From: an archaeon
GTDB lineage: Archaea > Nanobdellota > Nanobdellia > Pacearchaeales > GW2011-AR1
NCBI GenBank assembly: GCA_043797265.1
Contig: JAZDPV010000016.1
Location: 1 to 61,282, forward strand
Direction: 5' to 3'
DNA: 61,282 bases
Under the pieces are notes generated by a model, which saw only the letters and a list, made by a program, of their open reading frames with translations, was not told the DNA's origin and searched no databases. Shown here one piece after another: positions 8,425-16,472 of this stretch; positions within the stretch are counted from its first letter, which is position 1; every line of letters starts with the position of its first letter. A program made the position numbers and the translations under genes.

Positions 8425-8910
8425 ATGACACTGGAGTATAATAATTTTTATAAATCGGGTTGGTGGGTTTTTAGCATGGATGAGAAAAGTGTTAGAATAA
8501 TCCAAGCGGGTGGATTGGAGTTAATTAGAATTTCTCCGTCTGAGAAAATTCATTCTGGAGATGTAATTAATATTGACGATGGCAGAAAGGAGTTGGTTTG
8601 GGGTCGTCCGAAATATCGTGAAGTAGATTACAATCAAGAGAGGTTGCCTTTTAGTTTTGATACTATTTCTCAAAGTGAAAGAGGTGGCAAATTCGCAGTG
8701 TTGTATAAAATCTATAATGAATTATTTTTTTCTGATGTGATAACTGGGCTTGATATTGGGCTTGGAGTTCCGGAGGGTCTTTATTTGAGATTTAAATCAG
8801 ATAATGATGTAAGTGGTTATAATTATGGATGGGTTATTGATAATTCTGAAGCTAGACAAAGGGAGTTTGAAGCTTTGAAAAATGCGGGATTATGGGAAAA
8901 TAAGAAATAG
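8425..8910 (+). CDS. hypothetical protein
   Basis: 161-aa ORF. A TATA-like TTTATAT lies about 20 nt upstream. No motif recognised. Confidence 0.5.
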   Translation: MTLEYNNFYKSGWWVFSMDEKSVRIIQAGGLELIRISPSEKIHSGDVINIDDGRKELVWGRPKYREVDYNQERLPFSFDTISQSERGGKFAVLYKIYNELFFSDVITGLDIGLGVPEGLYLRFKSDNDVSGYNYGWVIDNSEARQREFEALKNAGLWENKK

Positions 8911-8946
8911 TTGCAATTTCTTGATATTTAATTTATCACAATAATT

Positions 8947-8955
8947 CTTATAAAT
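8947..8955 (+). promoter_or_regulatory. TATA-box-like element upstream of the thermosome gene
   Basis: CTTATAAAT lies ~21 nt before the ATG at 8976, which suggests a leaderless or very short leader transcript. Confidence 0.4.
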
Positions 8956-8975
8956 GCGGTATTATCTTTTTATTT

Positions 8976-10565
8976 ATGGTTGAAAATGTTGGAGCGGAGG
9001 ACGCGCAGAGGATTTTGGGGCGGGACGCGCAGAGGAATAATATTTTGGCGGCGAGAGTTGTGGCAGAGACGGTTAAAACTACTTTGGGTCCGAAGGGAAT
9101 GGATAAGATGTTGGTGGACCGGGCTGGGAATATTATTGTGACGAACGACGGGGTGACGATTTTGAACGAGATGGATATTGAACATCCGGCGGCGAAGATG
9201 GTTGTCGAGATTGCGAAGACGCAGGACGATGAGGTTGGGGACGGGACTACGACGGCGGTGATGTTGGCTGGGAAATTTTTGGAGAATGCCGAGAAACTTT
9301 TGGACATGAAGATTCATCCGACGGTTATTACGCGGGGTTATCGATGGGCGGAGGAGAAGGCACAGGAGATTTTGAGGGATTTGGCTTTTGAGATTGCCTC
9401 GAAGGAAGATTTGGTGAAGGTTGCGCAGACGGCGATGACGGGGAAGGGCGTTGAGTATTTGAGAGAGAAGTTTGCGGAGATTGTTGTTGATGCTGTTGAT
9501 ATTATTTCAGAGGGGAAGAAAGTTGATTTGGGGAATGTCAGGATTGAGAAGAGGAAGGGTGGGGCGATTGAAAATTCGGAATTAATTCGGGGAATTGTTT
9601 TAGACAAGGAAAGGATTTCAATGGACATGCCGTCGAGGGTTGATGGGGCGAAGATTGTGTTGGTCGAGGACGCGCTGGAGGTCAAGGGGCCGGAGATGGA
9701 GGCGAAGATTTCTGTGTCGTCGCCGGAGCAGTTGCAGAGTTTTTTGAATCAGGAGGATTTTATTTTGAGGGAGAAGGTCGAGATGATTAAATCGTCGGGG
9801 GCGAATGTGGTTTTTGTGCAGAAGGGCGTTGATGAGTTGGTGCAGTATTATCTGGCGAAGGCGGGGATTTATGTCGCGAGGCGGGTTGCGAAGTCGGACA
9901 TGCAGAGTTTGGCGAAGGCGACGGGCGGGCGGATTGTTTCGAAGTTGGGCGAGTTGAGGGTCGAGGATTTGGGATTTGCTGAATATGTTGAGGAGAGGCG
10001 GAGTGGGGATGAGGGGATGACTTATATCATGGGGTGCAAGAATCCGAGGGCATTGACGATTTTGATTAGGGGCGGCAGCGAGCATATTGTTGACGAGGTT
10101 GAGCGGGCGGTGAAGGATGCGCTTGGTGATGTCGCGGCGGTCGTGAAAGATTCGAAAGTTGTCGCGGGCGGGGGCGCGGTTGAGATTGAGTTGGCGAAGA
10201 GGTTGAGGGAATTTGCGTCGGGGTTGAAGGGGCGTGAGAGGTTGGCGGTTGATGAGTTTGCTGGGGCTTTGGAGTTTGTGCCGACGACGCTGGCGGAGAA
10301 TGCGGGTATGGACCCGATTGATGTTTTGACGGAGTTGAGGGCGATGCATGACGCGGGGAATCGGGATTATGGTTTGAATTTGTTTAGCGGTGGCATTGAG
10401 GATAATATGGATAATGGGATTGTCGAGCCATTGAAAGTTAAGACGCAGGCGATTGCGTCAGCGACGGAGGTTGCGATTATGATTTTGAGGATTGATGATG
10501 TGATTGCGGCGCGGAAGAGTTCTGGCGGTTCGATGAAGATGGGCGGGATGGAAGGGTATGAGTAA
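8976..10565 (+). CDS. ths: thermosome subunit (group II chaperonin)
   Basis: '[33 protein letters not shown]', 'GDGTTTAV' and a C-terminal GGM-type tail. 529 aa. Confidence 0.95.
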   Translation: MVENVGAEDAQRILGRDAQRNNILAARVVAETVKTTLGPKGMDKMLVDRAGNIIVTNDGVTILNEMDIEHPAAKMVVEIAKTQDDEVGDGTTTAVMLAGKFLENAEKLLDMKIHPTVITRGYRWAEEKAQEILRDLAFEIASKEDLVKVAQTAMTGKGVEYLREKFAEIVVDAVDIISEGKKVDLGNVRIEKRKGGAIENSELIRGIVLDKERISMDMPSRVDGAKIVLVEDALEVKGPEMEAKISVSSPEQLQSFLNQEDFILREKVEMIKSSGANVVFVQKGVDELVQYYLAKAGIYVARRVAKSDMQSLAKATGGRIVSKLGELRVEDLGFAEYVEERRSGDEGMTYIMGCKNPRALTILIRGGSEHIVDEVERAVKDALGDVAAVVKDSKVVAGGGAVEIELAKRLREFASGLKGRERLAVDEFAGALEFVPTTLAENAGMDPIDVLTELRAMHDAGNRDYGLNLFSGGIEDNMDNGIVEPLKVKTQAIASATEVAIMILRIDDVIAARKSSGGSMKMGGMEGYE

Positions 10566-10566
10566 A

Positions 10567-10601
10567 TAGGTGGTAGGAAGTAGGAGGTAGGCGGTGGGCG
10601 G
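10567..10601 (+). repeat. heptamer tandem array (TAGGNGG x5) starting 2 nt after the thermosome stop
   Basis: TAGGTGG TAGGAAG TAGGAGG TAGGCGG TGGGCGG. The TAGs at 10567, 10574 and 10581 fall in three different frames. Confidence 0.85.
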
Positions 10602-10710
10602 ATGCGAAATCCTGTTCGCAAAATGCATTTCGCGACAAATTTATTTGTTTATTGTTTTATTTGTCGCTCAAAGCGTTTTGCTCAAATCGAACTGTTCGAT
10701 TCTAAATATA

Positions 10711-10781
10711 TGCGAAATCCGAGAATCGAACTCGGGTCTCAACGTTGGCAACGTTACGTTCTACCACTAAACCAATTTCGC
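10711..10781 (-). tRNA. tRNA-Gly (GCC)
   Basis: Reverse complement folds as GCGAAAT-TG-GTTT..GAAC-G-TAACG-TTGCCAA-CGTTG-AGAC-CCGAG-TTCGATT-CTCGG-ATTTCGC-A. Confidence 0.9.
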
Positions 10782-10880
10782 TGTAATTTTATAGATTTGG
10801 GATTTAAAAGATTGTTGGAAAGGTTTATTAATTGCCTAAGAAACCAGGGTTTCTTGAGGCTTCAACTTCCTTTGAGATAG

Positions 10881-10890
10881 TTTTATATAA
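10881..10890 (+). promoter_or_regulatory. TATA-box-like element upstream of gap
   Basis: TTTTATATAA lies 26 nt before the ATG at 10916. GAGAGG sits just before the ATG. Confidence 0.45.
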
Positions 10891-10915
10891 TTGTTTTTGT
10901 TTATTTTTTGAGAGG

Positions 10916-11890
10916 ATGAGAGTTGCGATAAATGGTTTTGGGCGGATTGGACGTGCTGTTTTTAGGCGGGCGATTGAGAAAGGCGTGAATGTCGTCGCTG
11001 TAAATGATTTGGCGAATGCGAAAACGTTGGCTTATTTGTTGAAGTTCGATTCTGTTTATGGGAATTATGGGAAATCGGTTGAGGCGGGAGATGGCTTTAT
11101 TAAAGTTGATGGGAAAAAGATAATTATTTGTTGTGAGAAAGAGCCGGAGAATTTGCCGTGGAAGAAGTTGGGAGTTGATATTGTCGTCGAGTCGACGGGA
11201 TTTTTTACGGATGGGAAGAGTGCTTCGAAACATTTGGCTGCGGGAGCGAAGAAGGTTTTGATTTCAGCGTCGGGGAAGAATGTTGATTATAATGTTGTGC
11301 TTGGCGTTAATGAGAAAGGTTTGAAGCGGGAACATAAAATTATTTCGATGGCTTCGTGCACGACGAATTGTCTTGCGCCGATTGTTAAGATTTTGGATGA
11401 TGAGTTTGGGGTGAAGAGCGGATTTTTGACGACGGTGCACGCGTATACCGGGGACCAGAAAATTATTGATAGTCCGCACGGGGATTTTAGGCGAGGTCGT
11501 GCGGCTGGTGTGAATTTGGTTCCGACGACTTCGGGTGCGGCAAAGGCGACGGCTGATGTTATTCCGAAGTTGAAGGGGAAGATTGACGGGATGGCGATTC
11601 GTGCGCCGGTTGCGTGCGGGAGTATTTGTGATTTTGTTTGTGAGGTTGGGAAGTCGGTTAGCGTCGAGGAAGTTAACCGAGTTATGAAAAAAGCGGCGGG
11701 GAAGATGAAAGGGATTTTGGAATATAGCGAGGACGATTTGGTTTCGACGGATGTTATTGGGAATTCGGCGTCGTCAATTTTTGATTCGAAGTTGACGAAG
11801 GTGAATGGGAATTTGGTTAAGGTTTTGTCGTGGTATGATAACGAGTGGGGATATTCTTGTAGGGTAATTGATTTGTTGAGGAAATTGTAA
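10916..11890 (+). CDS. gap: glyceraldehyde-3-phosphate dehydrogenase, type I (bacterial/eukaryotic-like)
   Basis: 'MRVAINGFGRIGR' and the active site 'SCTTNCLAP'. Trimmed from ORF 10832 to the ATG following the TATA box. Confidence 0.9.
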   Translation: MRVAINGFGRIGRAVFRRAIEKGVNVVAVNDLANAKTLAYLLKFDSVYGNYGKSVEAGDGFIKVDGKKIIICCEKEPENLPWKKLGVDIVVESTGFFTDGKSASKHLAAGAKKVLISASGKNVDYNVVLGVNEKGLKREHKIISMASCTTNCLAPIVKILDDEFGVKSGFLTTVHAYTGDQKIIDSPHGDFRRGRAAGVNLVPTTSGAAKATADVIPKLKGKIDGMAIRAPVACGSICDFVCEVGKSVSVEEVNRVMKKAAGKMKGILEYSEDDLVSTDVIGNSASSIFDSKLTKVNGNLVKVLSWYDNEWGYSCRVIDLLRKL

Positions 11891-11891
11891 G

Positions 11892-12851
11892 ATGTATGAT
11901 TTGGTGATTGTTGGTGCGGGGCCGGCGGGGATGACTGCGGCGATTTATGCGGCGAGGCGGAAGATTAATTTTTTGGTTATTAGTATGGATGTCGGGGGGC
12001 AGATGAGTTGGAGTTCGGAGGTTGAGAATTATCCGGGGATTGATAGGACGCTGACGGGGATTGAGTTGACGAATCATTTTAGGAAAAATTTAGATAAATA
12101 TAAAATTAAGATAAAGTCAGAGGAAGTTTTGAGGATTAAGAAGGGGGGTGTTGGGTTTGTTGTTGAGACGAATCGGGGGAAGTATGAGGCGCGGGCGGTG
12201 ATTGTTGCGACGGGGAAGAAGCCGAGGAAGCTGGGGGTGCCGGGCGAGGAGAAATTTTTAGGGAAGGGTTTGAATTATTGTGCGACTTGTGATGCGCCGT
12301 TGTATAAGGGGAAAGTTGTTGCTGTTGTCGGTGGCGGGAATTCTGGGATGGAGGCGGTTTTGTTTTTGGCGAAGTATGCAAAGAAGGTTTATTTATTGGA
12401 GGCGATGGCGAAGTTGGGCGGTGAGAAATATTTACAGGATAGGGTTTTGGCGGATGAGGGGATTGAAGTGATAACTGGGGCTACGACGACGGAGATAGTT
12501 GGCAATAGTGTCGTCGAGGGGATACGACTTACTAAGTCGAGGGGCTTTGCTTCGCAAGGGGGTTCGGCTTCGCCGAGGGCGGGGGCTACTGAAAAAGTTT
12601 TGAAGGTTGATGGGGTTTTTGTTGAGATTGGGTTGGTGACGGATGTGGGGTTTGTTGATGTTAAGAAGAATAAGTGGGGGGAGATTATGTTGTTTCGTGG
12701 GACGCGGACGCATAATGAGAATTTGACGTCGGTGCCTGGGATTTTTGCGGCTGGGGACTGCACGGATATTCCGGCTAAGCAGATTATTGCGGCGGCGGGC
12801 GAGGGTTGTAAGGCGGCGTTGGCGGCGATGGATTGGGTGATGAGGAAGTGA
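11892..12851 (+). CDS. trxB: thioredoxin-disulfide reductase
   Basis: 'VIVGAGPAGMTAAIYAAR', redox 'CATCDA', 'GGGNSGMEA' and 'GIFAAGDC'. Carries an extra 'SRGFASQGGSASPRAGA' segment. Confidence 0.9.
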   Translation: MYDLVIVGAGPAGMTAAIYAARRKINFLVISMDVGGQMSWSSEVENYPGIDRTLTGIELTNHFRKNLDKYKIKIKSEEVLRIKKGGVGFVVETNRGKYEARAVIVATGKKPRKLGVPGEEKFLGKGLNYCATCDAPLYKGKVVAVVGGGNSGMEAVLFLAKYAKKVYLLEAMAKLGGEKYLQDRVLADEGIEVITGATTTEIVGNSVVEGIRLTKSRGFASQGGSASPRAGATEKVLKVDGVFVEIGLVTDVGFVDVKKNKWGEIMLFRGTRTHNENLTSVPGIFAAGDCTDIPAKQIIAAAGEGCKAALAAMDWVMRK

Positions 12852-12864
12852 GTTGTTTGTTAGC

Positions 12865-12891
12865 AGGATGAATAGGATGAATAGGATTTGT
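12865..12891 (+). repeat. 9-mer tandem repeat (YAGGATGAA x3) after the trxB stop
   Basis: CAGGATGAA TAGGATGAA TAGGATTTG. Confidence 0.7.
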
Positions 12892-12898
12892 TGGGAAA

Positions 12899-12907
12899 TT
12901 TTATATA
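12899..12907 (+). promoter_or_regulatory. TATA-box-like element upstream of pgk
   Basis: TTTTATATA lies ~31 nt before the ATG at 12938. Confidence 0.4.
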
Positions 12908-12937
12908 GGTTGGTTGCGTTGATTTGTTGAGGTAGTT

Positions 12938-14125
12938 ATGAAAATTTTGAATGATTTTGATTTTAAGGGGAAGGCGGTTTTGGTTCGGAGTGATTTGAAT
13001 TGTGATGTTCGAGTTTCGCAGGTCGCAGGTCGCAGGTCGCAGGTCGCAAAGGTTATTGAGAGTGAGCGGGTTCGGGCGTCGGCGGAGACGATTAAAGAAT
13101 TGAAGCGGAAGGGGGCGAGGGTTGTCGTCGTTGCGCATCAAGGTCGGAAGGGGAAGGGTGATTTTGTTTCTTTAAAACAGCATTGTCGGTTGTTGAATAA
13201 GTATGTGAAGGTGAGGTTTGTCGAGGATGTTTGCGGGGCATTGGCTTTGAGTGAGATTGGGAAGTTGAAGGGTGGCGAAGTGATTTTGTTGGAGAATGTG
13301 AGGTTTGTCGCGGATGAAGATAAGCCAGAGAAGGGGAAACGGAATGAGTTGTATAAGTTGGTTGGGGTTTGTGATTATTTTGTTAGTGATGCGTTTTCGG
13401 TTTGTCATCGGGCGCAGGCGTCGGTGGTTTTGTTTCCTCGGTATCTTAAGAGTTTTACTGGACGACTTCTTGAGCGAGAGGTTGATGCTTTGAAGAAGAT
13501 TAAGTTGAAGAATTGTTTGTATGTTTTGGGCGGGGCGAAGCCAGCAGACAACATGAAATTGTTGTCTGCAGAAGTCAGAAGTCAGAAGTCAGAAGTCAGA
13601 AATAAAATATTGGCGTGTGGTTTGTTTGGGCAAATGTGCTTGATTGCGTCGGGAAAAAATCTTGGGGCACAGAATAAATATTTGAAAAGTGTCGTCGACG
13701 GTTACGATGGGATTTTGAAAGAGTTGAAGGGGCGATTGAAAAATGTTGAGATGCCGATTGATTTTGCGGTGAAGGTTGGTGGGCGACGGGTTGAGTTGGC
13801 GGTTGAAGATTTTCCGAGCGAGTATGAGATTTTTGATATTGGAAAAAAGACGCGGGAGAAATATGTTGGTGAAATTAAAAAGGCGAAGGCTGTTTTTATG
13901 AAGGGACCGGCCGGGGATTCTGCCGACGATAAATTTGCGAAAGGGACGGTTGCGTTGTTGCGGGCGGTTTCGAAGGTTGATTTTAGTTTGATTGGCGGTG
14001 GGCATTTGAATGATACGATAAAAAAATATCGGCTTAAAGGATTTGGGCATGTCAGTTTGTCGGGCGGGGCGTTGCTGAGTTATATTGCTGGAGAAAAACT
14101 TCCTGGAATTTTAGCCTTGAAATAA
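12938..14125 (+). CDS. pgk: phosphoglycerate kinase
   Basis: 'VLVRSDLN', 'VVVVAHQGR', 'LLENVRF', 'FVSDAFSVCHR' and 'LGGAKPADN'. Two heptamer-array-encoded inserts. Confidence 0.9.
   Translation: MKILNDFDFKGKAVLVRSDLNCDVRVSQVAGRRSQVAKVIESERVRASAETIKELKRKGARVVVVAHQGRKGKGDFVSLKQHCRLLNKYVKVRFVEDVCGALALSEIGKLKGGEVILLENVRFVADEDKPEKGKRNELYKLVGVCDYFVSDAFSVCHRAQASVVLFPRYLKSFTGRLLEREVDALKKIKLKNCLYVLGGAKPADNMKLLSAEVRSQKSEVRNKILACGLFGQMCLIASGKNLGAQNKYLKSVVDGYDGILKELKGRLKNVEMPIDFAVKVGGRRVELAVEDFPSEYEIFDIGKKTREKYVGEIKKAKAVFMKGPAGDSADDKFAKGTVALLRAVSKVDFSLIGGGHLNDTIKKYRLKGFGHVSLSGGALLSYIAGEKLPGILALK
13017..13048 (+). repeat. in-frame heptamer array (CGCAGGT x4.5) inside pgk
   Basis: Encodes VSQVAGRRSQVAK. 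Confidence 0.85.
13569..13603 (+). repeat. in-frame heptamer array (CAGAAGT x5) inside pgk
   Basis: Encodes AEVRSQKSEVRN. It shares an identical 31-nt block with the array in fba. Confidence 0.9.
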
Positions 14126-14151
14126 AATTTTAGTTCGCTTCGCTTTTAGTT

Positions 14152-14261
14152 TGGGAAATTGGAGTAGGGAGGGAAAATTAGAGCGGGGAGGGAAAATTGG
14201 AGAGGGGAGGGAAAATTAGAGCGGGGAGGGGAAATTGGAGAGGGGAGGGGAAATTGGAGAG
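14152..14261 (+). repeat. 19-bp tandem repeat, ~5.8 copies (GGGAGGGAAAATTRGAGMG)
   Basis: Contiguous units at 14167, 14186, 14205, 14224 and 14243, plus a partial leading unit. Located between pgk and nagB. Confidence 0.9.
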
Positions 14262-14303
14262 CTTCGCTCTCGTATCTTGGCGGCTTCGCCGCCCCGCGCG
14301 GGG
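14257..14303 (+). other. two GC-TTC-GC hairpins plus a GC palindrome
   Basis: GAGAGC-TTC-GCTCTC (14257..14271), GGCGGC-TTC-GCCGCC (14279..14293) and CCCCGCGCGGGG (14292..14303). Confidence 0.8.
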
Positions 14304-14355
14304 CGCGTTGGTTTTTGGGCGATGGTTTTAAATAATTGGTTTTAGTTTGGTTGTT

Positions 14356-15054
14356 ATGAAGGTGATTAGGGTTAAGAATTATGAGGAAATGTCGCGGACA
14401 GCGTCGGAGATTTTGATTGGCGAGATTCGGAAGAAGAAAAATATTGTGGTTGGTTTTGCGACGGGGCGGACGCCATTGGGGTTGTATAAAAATTTGGTGA
14501 GGGCGTATAGAAAGAGAGAGGTTGATTTTTCGGGGGTGCGAAGTTTTAATCTTGATGAATATTATCCGGTTGCGAAAAATAGTCGAAGAAGTTTTTTTAG
14601 TTATATGTTTAGGAATTTGTTTGGGTTGGTTAATATCAAGGAAGGTAATATGAATTTTTTGGACGGCGAGGTGAGGGATTGGCGGGCGGAGTGCGCGCGT
14701 TATGAGGGGTTGATTAGAAAGAGTCCGATTGATGTGCAGATTTTGGGAGTTGGGGTGAACGGGCATATTGGGTTTAATGAGCCGGGTTCGAGTTTTAGTT
14801 CGAGGACGAGGTTGGTTGAGTTGAGCGATGAGACGCGACGACAGAATTCCGGGATTTTTTGGAGGGCGCCGAAGCAGGCGTTGACGATGGGAGTTGGGAC
14901 GATTTTGTCGGCGAAGAAAATAATTCTTTTGGCGTCGGGACGGGAGAAGATGAAAGCGGTTGAGAGGTTGGTTAAGGGGAAAATTAGTAAGGATTGCCCG
15001 GTTAGTTTTTTGAGGGGGCATAAAGATTTGGTTGTGGTGACGGATAGTTTTTAG
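14356..15054 (+). CDS. nagB: glucosamine-6-phosphate deaminase
   Basis: 'GFATGRTPLGLY', 'FNLDEY', 'GVGVNGHIGFNEPGSSF' and 'ALTMGVGTIL'. Start trimmed to the ATG. Confidence 0.85.
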   Translation: MKVIRVKNYEEMSRTASEILIGEIRKKKNIVVGFATGRTPLGLYKNLVRAYRKREVDFSGVRSFNLDEYYPVAKNSRRSFFSYMFRNLFGLVNIKEGNMNFLDGEVRDWRAECARYEGLIRKSPIDVQILGVGVNGHIGFNEPGSSFSSRTRLVELSDETRRQNSGIFWRAPKQALTMGVGTILSAKKIILLASGREKMKAVERLVKGKISKDCPVSFLRGHKDLVVVTDSF

Positions 15055-15148
15055 CTGTTGGTTTGGTTGCTGGATTTTTTGGCTGGAGATGATGAAGAAG
15101 TAGTTCCGAAAAGTATTTAAGGTTTAAATTTTTAGTATAATTATATAC

Positions 15149-15176
15149 GCTCGTCCCTGCTTTGCAGGGGATGAGC
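15149..15176 (+). terminator. 12-bp stem-loop followed by a T-run, downstream of nagB
   Basis: GCTCGTCCCTGC-TTT-GCAGGGGATGAGC (one bulge, one G:U pair), followed by ATTTTAATTTT. Confidence 0.45.
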
Positions 15177-15229
15177 ATTTTAATTTTGTGGGATAGGTTT
15201 AAAATCTCGTTAGTATTTGTTTTGGAAAG

Positions 15230-16357
15230 ATGGTTGGTGAAAATGATTTAGATGTTGCTTATAGAAAAGCGGTCGAGGTTTTGAAAATTTGTTCTACGAA
15301 GTATGGGTTGTTTGCGTCGGGGGGAAAGAAGGGGTATAAGGGGGTTTGGAGCCGGGATAGTTTTATTGCGATGCTCGGGGCGAGTTTGGTTGGCGGCGAG
15401 GATGGGGAGTTGATTAGAGAGACATTTAAGAGGAGTTTGGAAACGCTTGGTAAATATCAGAGCGAGCGGGGGCAGATTCCGAATGCGGTTTTGAAATTTG
15501 AGAGACGGAAGCCGCAGGTTGATTATCTTTCGATTGATTCGAGCTTGTGGTTTGTGATTGGGCATTATGTTTATCGACGGAGATATAGGGATAGTTCGTT
15601 GTTTGGGAAGTGGAAGAAGGAAATTGAGAAGGCGATTTTTTGGTTGACGTTTCAGGATATGGGCGAGGATTTGATGTTGGAGCAGTTGCCGACGACGGAT
15701 TGGCAGGACGCGTTTCCGCACAAGTATGGGAGGACGATAAATACGCAGGCGTTGTATTACAAAGTTTTGAGGTTGGTTGGGAGGAGGAGGATTGCGAGGA
15801 GGTTGAGGAAGTTAGTTAACAAGGAGGATGATGTGAATTTGTGGAACGGGAATTTTTATTGGGCGTATCGGTGGAAGAATCACAACAAGTATCGGGAGAT
15901 TGGGGAGTGGTTTGATTCGCTGGGAAATTTGCTGGCGATTGTTTTCGGGTTGGCGGATAGGAAGATGGCGAGGAAGATTGTTAGTTATATCGAGGAGAAC
16001 AGGATTGCGGAGCCGTATCCGGTTAAGGCGATTTTTCCGACGATAAAAAGGGGGAGCAAGTATTGGCAGGATTATTATATGGATTGTGCGGCGGGGAAGG
16101 CGGGGCATTATTTGAATGGTGGGATTTGGCCGTTTATCGGCGGGTTTTATGTTTTGGCGTTGGTGAAGTTGAGGAAGTTTGGAGAGGCGGAAGTTGAGTT
16201 GAGGAAGTTGGCGTCGTCGTGTCTGAGGGGAAATGTTTTTCCGGAGTGGATTGAGCCGAAGACGAAAAAGACGCACGGGGTTTATCAGGCGTGGAGTGCG
16301 GGGATGTATATTTTGGCGCATGAAAGTTTGAAGAGAAGACGGGTGCTGATATTTTGA
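15230..16357 (+). CDS. six-hairpin glycoside hydrolase (GDE_C / GH100 invertase-like)
   Basis: 'WSRDSFIAMLGA', 'LPTTDWQDAF' and 'YLNGGIWPFIGGFY', typical of (alpha/alpha)6 glucosidase/debranching-type enzymes. Confidence 0.6.
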   Translation: MVGENDLDVAYRKAVEVLKICSTKYGLFASGGKKGYKGVWSRDSFIAMLGASLVGGEDGELIRETFKRSLETLGKYQSERGQIPNAVLKFERRKPQVDYLSIDSSLWFVIGHYVYRRRYRDSSLFGKWKKEIEKAIFWLTFQDMGEDLMLEQLPTTDWQDAFPHKYGRTINTQALYYKVLRLVGRRRIARRLRKLVNKEDDVNLWNGNFYWAYRWKNHNKYREIGEWFDSLGNLLAIVFGLADRKMARKIVSYIEENRIAEPYPVKAIFPTIKRGSKYWQDYYMDCAAGKAGHYLNGGIWPFIGGFYVLALVKLRKFGEAEVELRKLASSCLRGNVFPEWIEPKTKKTHGVYQAWSAGMYILAHESLKRRRVLIF

Positions 16358-16362
16358 AGGGG

Positions 16363-16402
16363 AATAATTGCTTACAAATTTCACAGATGGACACGGATTT
16401 TT
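16363..16402 (+). repeat. solo copy of the CACGGAT-type 3'-flank element
   Basis: AATAATTGCTTACAAATTTCACAGATGGACACGGATTTTT has about 35/40 identity to the element after the GxxExxY gene at 19546..19585. Confidence 0.7.
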
Positions 16403-16472
16403 ATAAAGGTATGTTGAAAATAAAAACGAGCGAAGAAAGTTTTTTCTGATTTGAGAAAATATTTTTATTAAA

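Noticed and set aside
10602-10880. 92-aa ORF in the thermosome-gap spacer.
   Set aside because: It overlaps the minus-strand tRNA-Gly gene and the gap promoter. It has no RBS or TATA and an odd composition.
14152-14261. Possible CRISPR array (regularly spaced repeats).
   Set aside because: The units are contiguous 19-mers with no spacers. No cas genes are nearby, and the unit length is below the typical CRISPR repeat size.
15087-15150. Possible C/D-box sRNA (AGATGATGAAG resembles a C box).
   Set aside because: No D box (CTGA) and no terminal stem at an appropriate distance.
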